Virus record (IMG/VR): IMGVR_UViG_3300005512_004265
Location: 1 to 41,219 of that record
Direction: 5' to 3' (one strand)
DNA length: 41,219 bases
Origin: a virus
Taxonomy: Duplodnaviria > Caudoviricetes
Positions within the stretch are counted from its first letter, which is position 1. Every line of letters starts with the position of its first letter. A program made the translations under genes and the position numbers. Positions 35,710 to 41,219 of this stretch are shown here, piece after piece. The notes under the pieces are model-generated. The model saw only the letters and a list, made by a program, of their open reading frames with translations, had not been told where the DNA came from and did not search any database.

Positions 35710-36188
35710 CGATCCAAATCGAAGTCGACCAACGGGGCATGGTTCAAGATTTGCCGCCGCGAAAGATGGCCGCCGGGCTTCGGCTTGTCAACGGCAACAC
35801 GGCCGCATATTGGCGAGACGAAATATTGCCAAGGGCATTCGACAGCGGAGCCGCCACACGTCGAAACTATCGGCCCCGGCAAACGGCGACCAATCGACGA
35901 AAGAAACAGGCGGCCGCGAGAGGAAAAGCGAAATTCGGCGGAACGCGACCGCTAGTCGAAACAGGCGATTTAATGGAAGCGGTCAAATCACCCCGACACC
36001 GGATCGCGGCCACAAAAACGCTTGCGACCGTTTACGTTCACGGCCCGTCGTATTTTCGCGAGCAAATCGCCGACGAAGTTATGCGAATTATGCCAATTGA
36101 AGCCAACAAATTAGAGCGGGTCGCCTACGCGGAACTTAGCGAATTTTTGGATAACTTAGACCACAAAACAAAACAACGATTCAAATAG
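35703..36188 (+). CDS. Putative neck/tail completion (virion morphogenesis) protein
   Basis: Basic; YRPRQTATNRRKK...PLVETGDLM motif as in gpG/HK97 gp10-like proteins. Confidence 0.6.
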   Translation: MLAIQIEVDQRGMVQDLPPRKMAAGLRLVNGNTAAYWRDEILPRAFDSGAATRRNYRPRQTATNRRKKQAAARGKAKFGGTRPLVETGDLMEAVKSPRHRIAATKTLATVYVHGPSYFREQIADEVMRIMPIEANKLERVAYAELSEFLDNLDHKTKQRFK

Positions 36189-36201
36189 AAAGGTTTTTTA
36201 A

Positions 36202-37071
36202 ATGTCTGAAAAATTTCGACTTGCCGAACTTGACTTGGCCGGAACGTCAATTCCGCAAATGGAAAGCGACGACGGGTTATCGTATGAATTTTCCGAGTTT
36301 CTACAACGCCAAGCGGGCGACGCGTCGCCAGCCGTGACCGGCGTCACAATGACTTCGCATAAGTTCAATTTCGAAACGCAACACATTCAAACAATTATTG
36401 ATTTGTGTATTGCAACGGCCGGAAATGAAAATATTTGTCAGGGGTTCCCGTCGAGCGGGGCCGATCAGATTTTGACATTTCGAAAAGGCAAATCGTCGGG
36501 CGTCCGCACGCCGCTGGCAACAGCCGAGCATATCGACCAGCGTGTCGACGCGTCGTTTTTGTCGTGGGAGTCATTCAACGCCCCGGCGGACGGGAACGCG
36601 ACGATTTCTTGCCGGTTGCAAACGCTTTCGGCATTGACCAACGATAAAGCGGCGGCGTTATCGTCGGTTTCGGTTGTTGATCAGGCGTTCAAATGCGGGC
36701 CGATTGTTTTTCGAATCACGGGCGATATCGCCGATCGCGAGCCGTGCGTTTTGTCGGCGACGTGGGAAAACAATATCACGTATGACGACAAGAATTGCAG
36801 CGGCAGCGATTTCACGAACTATTCCGCGATTGACGATTACGAATCGGTTTTGACGATCGATTTAGACGATATGACGCAAGCGATCGACGCCAACGCGTCG
36901 GTTGCGTTAACCAGTTGCGTTTTCTACTTGAAACAGGTCGGCGAAACCAACGCGGCGTCGAAGCATATCAAATTTACGGTTACCGCTGGCGACGTGTTAC
37001 CATCGTCGAACCGTCAATTAAAATTCCGCGTCCGTTCGTTTACAATCGCGACTGATCAAGCGATCGCGTAA
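36202..37071 (+). CDS. Putative major tail (tube) protein
   Basis: 289-aa acidic beta-rich protein between the neck genes and the chaperone/tape measure. Confidence 0.6.
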   Translation: MSEKFRLAELDLAGTSIPQMESDDGLSYEFSEFLQRQAGDASPAVTGVTMTSHKFNFETQHIQTIIDLCIATAGNENICQGFPSSGADQILTFRKGKSSGVRTPLATAEHIDQRVDASFLSWESFNAPADGNATISCRLQTLSALTNDKAAALSSVSVVDQAFKCGPIVFRITGDIADREPCVLSATWENNITYDDKNCSGSDFTNYSAIDDYESVLTIDLDDMTQAIDANASVALTSCVFYLKQVGETNAASKHIKFTVTAGDVLPSSNRQLKFRVRSFTIATDQAIA

Positions 37072-37113
37072 AACGACTTTTCAACCCATTCAACCCCAAA
37101 CGAAAGCTTTTCA

Positions 37114-37311
37114 ATGGAGATTAAGAGCCTTCGCGACTTAAACGTCGCGATTTCAGCCACGCCCGACGCGATTGATATCATCGAAGCGCAGCGGGTAACC
37201 CAAGTTTTGATCGACGTCGCGGCGAAACAGCCAAACGAAGTCGTCGGCGTCTTGGTCGACGAATTGATTAAAGCCCGTGACAGGAACCCGCCGGGCAATT
37301 CGCCCGAATAG
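37114..37311 (+). CDS. Small hypothetical protein
   Basis: Clean ORF followed by a terminator. Confidence 0.5.
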   Translation: MEIKSLRDLNVAISATPDAIDIIEAQRVTQVLIDVAAKQPNEVVGVLVDELIKARDRNPPGNSPE

Positions 37312-37337
37312 GCATTTTGAACAAAAAAACAGAATCC

Positions 37338-37365
37338 AAGCCCGGCAGAAACGCCGGGCTTTTTT
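37338..37365 (+). terminator. Intrinsic terminator
   Basis: AAGCCCGGC-agaaac-GCCGGGCTT plus T-run. Confidence 0.75.
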
Positions 37366-37416
37366 AATGGGGTTTTCTAAGATCGTCCAACCAGTAAAAC
37401 CCCGGATTTTAAAAAA

Positions 37417-37911
37417 ATGTCGCAAGAGAAAAACGAGCTTGAACTAAAAGAAGCCGACGCCGCGTTGGCCGCCGACGCCGCCCAGTTTTCCGAAATGGTG
37501 AACGCCGAAACCGTGAACACGGAGCCCGCCGCCGAAGCGTCGTCGACATTCGCCCCAGTCGATCCGCCCGCGAACATTAACGAAGCGATCGAATTAGCCC
37601 AGGTCGAAACGCCGCCCGCCGCCACAATCGAAAACGCCGAAGTCCCGGCCCCGTGCGACGAATGCGATTTGTGCGACGACCAATTCGGAAGCGATCAACT
37701 TGTCGCGGCCTATAAGGCGATCGGGGCGGCGGTCAAATTGTCGACAACCAACGTTCGTTCGGCAATCTTGGAAATGGGCGGTTACGAGGTCGCCGAAATG
37801 AAAAGTTGGCTTTCCAGTATCGAGAAGCTAACCCCGACGGAAATCAAAGACGTATTTTCAACAATGCAAGAAGCTTGCCGGGCTTATCGCCGGAGCATTA
37901 AGGCCAGTTAA
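37417..37911 (+). CDS. Acidic hypothetical protein
   Basis: A/E/P-rich N-half, CxxCxxC, helical C-half. Confidence 0.65.
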   Translation: MSQEKNELELKEADAALAADAAQFSEMVNAETVNTEPAAEASSTFAPVDPPANINEAIELAQVETPPAATIENAEVPAPCDECDLCDDQFGSDQLVAAYKAIGAAVKLSTTNVRSAILEMGGYEVAEMKSWLSSIEKLTPTEIKDVFSTMQEACRAYRRSIKAS

Positions 37912-38033
37912 AAAGACCATTGACCAACGGCAGCGACGCCGAAGTCGGGCGGAAAGGATTTCGCCCGGCAATTTTCACACAAACCAGAACCAAAAACGAA
38001 ACCAAAACCAAAACCAAAAACGAAAGCGAAACC

Positions 38034-38780
38034 ATGAGCAAAATCGGACACCCGCTACGATATTTTATTCACAACAAAACAAAGCCGGAAATCTACGATT
38101 CGGGAAAATTGAAACTTCCGGCGGAAATGCGGATCGTTTGCAAGGATTTAAAAACGGAAACGAAAGATTTCTACGCGGTTGAATACTCGCGACCGAAGGG
38201 CGTTTTAATTACACCGATCCCGGCCGGGCGAAAGATCGAGCAAATCGAACCGCCGTTTTCAGATTTGGTGATTTTGGAAATGAGCGATCGTTTTTCGATT
38301 TGCTATGAAAAAAAGACCCCGCCAGATTTGGCCGATTTACTACGGCCGGAGTTTTTGGGCGGCTACGAATTGCCGATCAAAGGTTTCGGCGACCGTTTGA
38401 AAATCCCGGTCGCCCGGTCGCCAGTCGGAAATGATTCGCTTGCAAAAAGTTTCGTTTTTAGTCACCCGGAAAACGGCGACGTCGACTTTTCCCACGACGA
38501 GCAAGTCGAAAAACGCCACCGAAAACTATTTGATTTGGGCGTCGAAGTTTTCGACGGAATCTATGGCGACGCGGATTTGAAACAGCAACGAAAAGTCGCC
38601 ATTGCCGCGAAAGTTGTTTTGTGGAATTACCGAATCGGGCCAATTGAATCGAACGTTTTTTTTCGGCAATTTGATCAAGCGATTTTCACGTCGTCGACGG
38701 TCGCCGCGATTTTAGAATGCCTGATCGACGCGCCTAACATGCCAACCGAAGAAAACAGCGAGCCGCAAAAAAAAACTTAA
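38034..38780 (+). CDS. Tail assembly chaperone (gpG-like)
   Basis: Immediately upstream of the tape measure; ends in an A9 slippery run (QKKT*). Confidence 0.65.
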   Translation: MSKIGHPLRYFIHNKTKPEIYDSGKLKLPAEMRIVCKDLKTETKDFYAVEYSRPKGVLITPIPAGRKIEQIEPPFSDLVILEMSDRFSICYEKKTPPDLADLLRPEFLGGYELPIKGFGDRLKIPVARSPVGNDSLAKSFVFSHPENGDVDFSHDEQVEKRHRKLFDLGVEVFDGIYGDADLKQQRKVAIAAKVVLWNYRIGPIESNVFFRQFDQAIFTSSTVAAILECLIDAPNMPTEENSEPQKKT

Positions 38781-38929
38781 ACGACTTTATCTTTTTTTCG
38801 TGGCTAGAAAATCCAAATCGATTTTCGGGGTTCCAACCGACCATCGCCCAAATGGTTTGGGCCCCGATTATTGACGCCCGCCGCCGAAACGGCGAATCGG
38901 GCAATGTTTATTTAATGCCGCTTCGATGA
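38767..38929 (+). CDS. -1 frameshift extension of the chaperone (gpGT-like)
   Basis: A9 run at 38767..38775; the -1 frame is open (KKNLNDFIFFSWLENPNRFSGFQPTIAQ...PLR*) to TGA 38927..38929, 9 nt before the tape measure ATG. Confidence 0.7.
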
Positions 38930-38938
38930 TTGGAAACA

Positions 38939-40429
38939 ATGGCCACGCAAAAACAAAAATTCATAACGGACGGTTCGCAGGTTAATCGCGAAATGGACAA
39001 GATGCGAAAAGCACTTGTCAAACAACGCGAAGAAATGAAAAAGATCACGCAAGCCAGCCGGGCGATGGCGACCGAAGCGAAAAAATCAAATCAGACCATG
39101 CGTCGCGGGTTTTCAAATATCGCCAGTGGGGCCGAATCGGCGATCAAAAGTTATGTCGGAATGCAGACCGCAATTTCGGCGGTGAATTCCGTTTTGGCGG
39201 ATCAAAAACGATTGCAAGGCGAAGCACTCAGTGTTTCGACAACGGTTGCTAGATCACAAGCGTCGATCGTAAAAAATATCGGGCAAGTTTCGAAAAAGGA
39301 ATTAAGTTCGTTTTTGGATCAGGTCGAGAAGATCAACACCGAAACAAAGTTCGGCGATCAAGGGCAATTGAATCTAGCGGCGTCGTCGTTGTTATCCGGG
39401 ACCGGCGGCAACCAAAACCAGACGATCGACATTTTGCGAGAAGCGGCCCCGTTTTTTCGCGACGCCCCGGCCCAACTCGCGAGTTTTTCGGGAGCCGTCG
39501 CCGACGTACAAAAAGCGACCGGCGGATCGGCAAAAGAAACGCTTGGTTTGGTTTTGGGTATTCAAGGGCAAGCCCGAATCGACCGCTTGGACGCGTTAAA
39601 AAACTTGGCCCCGGCGGTCGCTCAGTCGCGAGTTTATACGGAAGGAGCGAACCGGGCCGAAGAAACCCGCCAAGCCGGGGCACTGTTCGCGGCGATCGGA
39701 GCCCAAACGGGCGACGTCGAAGGGGCGTCGACGTCAACGGCCGTGATCGCGTTGCAAAAGAAATTAGAAGAAACGTTTCCGTCGCTTGATGGTTTCCAAG
39801 ACAAATTGAAAGCGATCCGCGAAGCGGACGTTACGACACGCGAAGAATTTTTGAAAGCAGGATTCGAGGCGAAAGCGGCGGGCGTGATCCGCGAGTTAAT
39901 CACCGACACCAATTCGCAAACGTCCAAAAACCTTGACGACGCATTGAGCAAGATCACGTCGTCGCCGAAGCGGGTCGACGAAATGCGTTCGCTATTGATC
40001 GGCGGCACAAAAGAATTAGAACTTCAGGGAATCCAGAAAAGCGGCAAGACCGCAAAAGAACAATATTTAGAATCAACCGGGATGGCCCCACTTGCCGAAG
40101 CCAGAAACCAAGCGGTCGAGGCGTTGGCCGCAACACGGGCCCGCAACTTGGCTTCGTCGTCGCTTAACTTTATGGCCGAATCGGTCGAGATGAACGCGTT
40201 ATCAGGATCGACGCCCGTTTCGCAAATCGACACGTTCATTGATCAATTGACCACGCGACAACAGCAAGTGCAAAACCGTTTTTCGATTAACCCATTCGGA
40301 AGCGGGATCGATGAAAATGATCGACGCGAACAATTAAAACTTTTGCGATCGACGGTCGAAGAATTAAAAAAGCTTCGTTCGCAAGCGGCCGCCGCGACCG
40401 GGAACCGGAACCAAGAAGAAACACAATAA
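38939..40429 (+). CDS. Tape measure protein (allele B 3' end), ~496 aa
   Basis: Long A/Q/S-rich helical protein after the frameshifting chaperone. Confidence 0.8.
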   Translation: MATQKQKFITDGSQVNREMDKMRKALVKQREEMKKITQASRAMATEAKKSNQTMRRGFSNIASGAESAIKSYVGMQTAISAVNSVLADQKRLQGEALSVSTTVARSQASIVKNIGQVSKKELSSFLDQVEKINTETKFGDQGQLNLAASSLLSGTGGNQNQTIDILREAAPFFRDAPAQLASFSGAVADVQKATGGSAKETLGLVLGIQGQARIDRLDALKNLAPAVAQSRVYTEGANRAEETRQAGALFAAIGAQTGDVEGASTSTAVIALQKKLEETFPSLDGFQDKLKAIREADVTTREEFLKAGFEAKAAGVIRELITDTNSQTSKNLDDALSKITSSPKRVDEMRSLLIGGTKELELQGIQKSGKTAKEQYLESTGMAPLAEARNQAVEALAATRARNLASSSLNFMAESVEMNALSGSTPVSQIDTFIDQLTTRQQQVQNRFSINPFGSGIDENDRREQLKLLRSTVEELKKLRSQAAAATGNRNQEETQ

Positions 40430-40622
40430 GACCGGCCGCAGGTAAAGAGAAATCACCCACAGGCTAGAAGCCTATGCCACGCGACCGCTGGTTTTTCAGT
40501 CACAGGCTAGAAGCCTATGCCACACCCCAGAAACGGCCGAAAATTTGAACGCCAGCCCCTAGGGTAACGTGTGCAAATGTTGCGTTTTATTAGGTCGCTT
40601 TGCCAATAAAAAGAGAAAAGCC
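39937..40622. repeat. Imperfect terminal direct repeat, copy B
   Basis: Pairs with 1..~690. Confidence 0.92.
40458..40523 (-). repeat. REP doublet, copy B
   Basis: All 66 nt identical to 522..587. Confidence 0.75.
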
Positions 40623-40624
40623 AT

Positions 40625-41197
40625 TTAAAACTCGTTAATATCCAGGCCGCTCTCTTTTAAGAGACTATCAACTTCATCGAGAAGTAATTGCCTACCTTCG
40701 TCTGATTTGAACGCGTCGGAAAATCCGCGAAGCTTATCTAGATTCGCCGCAAGGATTTCTTCGAATCTTAAGGGGTCAACTAACTCTCTGGCTTTTGCAG
40801 CTTCAAGCTCTCCGAGTGTTGTTCTTAATCGTAGCAAGCCCGCAACGGCGAATTTCTTCCACATTTTAATTTCATCGTCGATACCAAGTGTGGCACTTGC
40901 AACCGCTAAGTCATTGGCCGTAACGGTCGCCGCTGCTCTGTCATTCGCGTTTTTGAGTTCGGAATTTAGCTGATGGTTTTCGCGAGTGAGTTTATCGATA
41001 TCAGAAAGCAATTTGTCCTTGTCATTGTTTTGGTATCGTTGCGCAAGTTCCTTCCAGCGATGCGCCACCGATTCAGATTCCGCGAGTTTTTTTTCCAGAT
41101 CGTTGATTTGATCTTTCGACGATCCACACCCCAGCGAAACAACCACAACAAAGACAGCAAAACATCGCACAATAAAACCCACCATTGGAAAACGCAT
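40625..41197 (-). CDS. Predicted lipoprotein with coiled coil (moron; possible superinfection exclusion)
   Basis: Hydrophobic stretch FAVFVVVV plus lipobox SLG-C, then heptad repeats; opposite strand to the phage core. Confidence 0.7.
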   Translation of the reverse strand: MRFPMVGFIVRCFAVFVVVVSLGCGSSKDQINDLEKKLAESESVAHRWKELAQRYQNNDKDKLLSDIDKLTRENHQLNSELKNANDRAAATVTANDLAVASATLGIDDEIKMWKKFAVAGLLRLRTTLGELEAAKARELVDPLRFEEILAANLDKLRGFSDAFKSDEGRQLLLDEVDSLLKESGLDINEF

Positions 41198-41219
41198 ATT
41201 CCAACCGTTTTACGATATT

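Larger units (their letters stand above)
1..41219 (+). mobile_element. Near-complete temperate siphovirus-like phage genome (unit length ~39,936 bp), probable Planctomycetota host
   Basis: Terminase, portal, protease-capsid fusion, tail tube, chaperone, tape measure, integrase and replication genes are all present. Position 1 recurs at 39937, so the sequence circularises. No host chromosomal flank is seen. Confidence 0.93.

Overview
The window is essentially one complete ~39.9 kb temperate tailed phage (siphovirus-like, lambda-type terminase and portal), almost certainly infecting Planctomycetota. The host call rests on a planctomycete-type RimI, integrase, REP doublet, attC site and several small signature proteins, all recognised from memory of these families rather than by database search. 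Nearly all genes are on the + strand. The two ends overlap (1..~690 vs 39937..~40622) as two different alleles of the tape-measure 3' end, each followed by a different minus-strand membrane gene. Modules: tail tip genes interleaved with regulatory/accessory genes (1.6-9.6 kb); tyrosine integrase and a repeat-rich putative attP (9.9-11.8 kb); replication genes (11.8-15.3 kb); a methyltransferase cassette (15.3-16.0 kb); a lysis-like block with a papain-family protease (16.2-20 kb); packaging, head, neck and tail genes (20-40.4 kb). The top finding is an integrase-less integron-like unit: a canonical attC and an attI/dif-like site on the minus strand bracket a methyltransferase gene that reads in the opposite direction. 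Its start codon lies in the attC loop, and both crossover points abut stop codons. Also notable are a ~102-nt tRNA/tmRNA-TLD-like RNA, a 17-bp palindrome about 60 nt upstream of three putative late transcription starts, and a phage-borne rimI.
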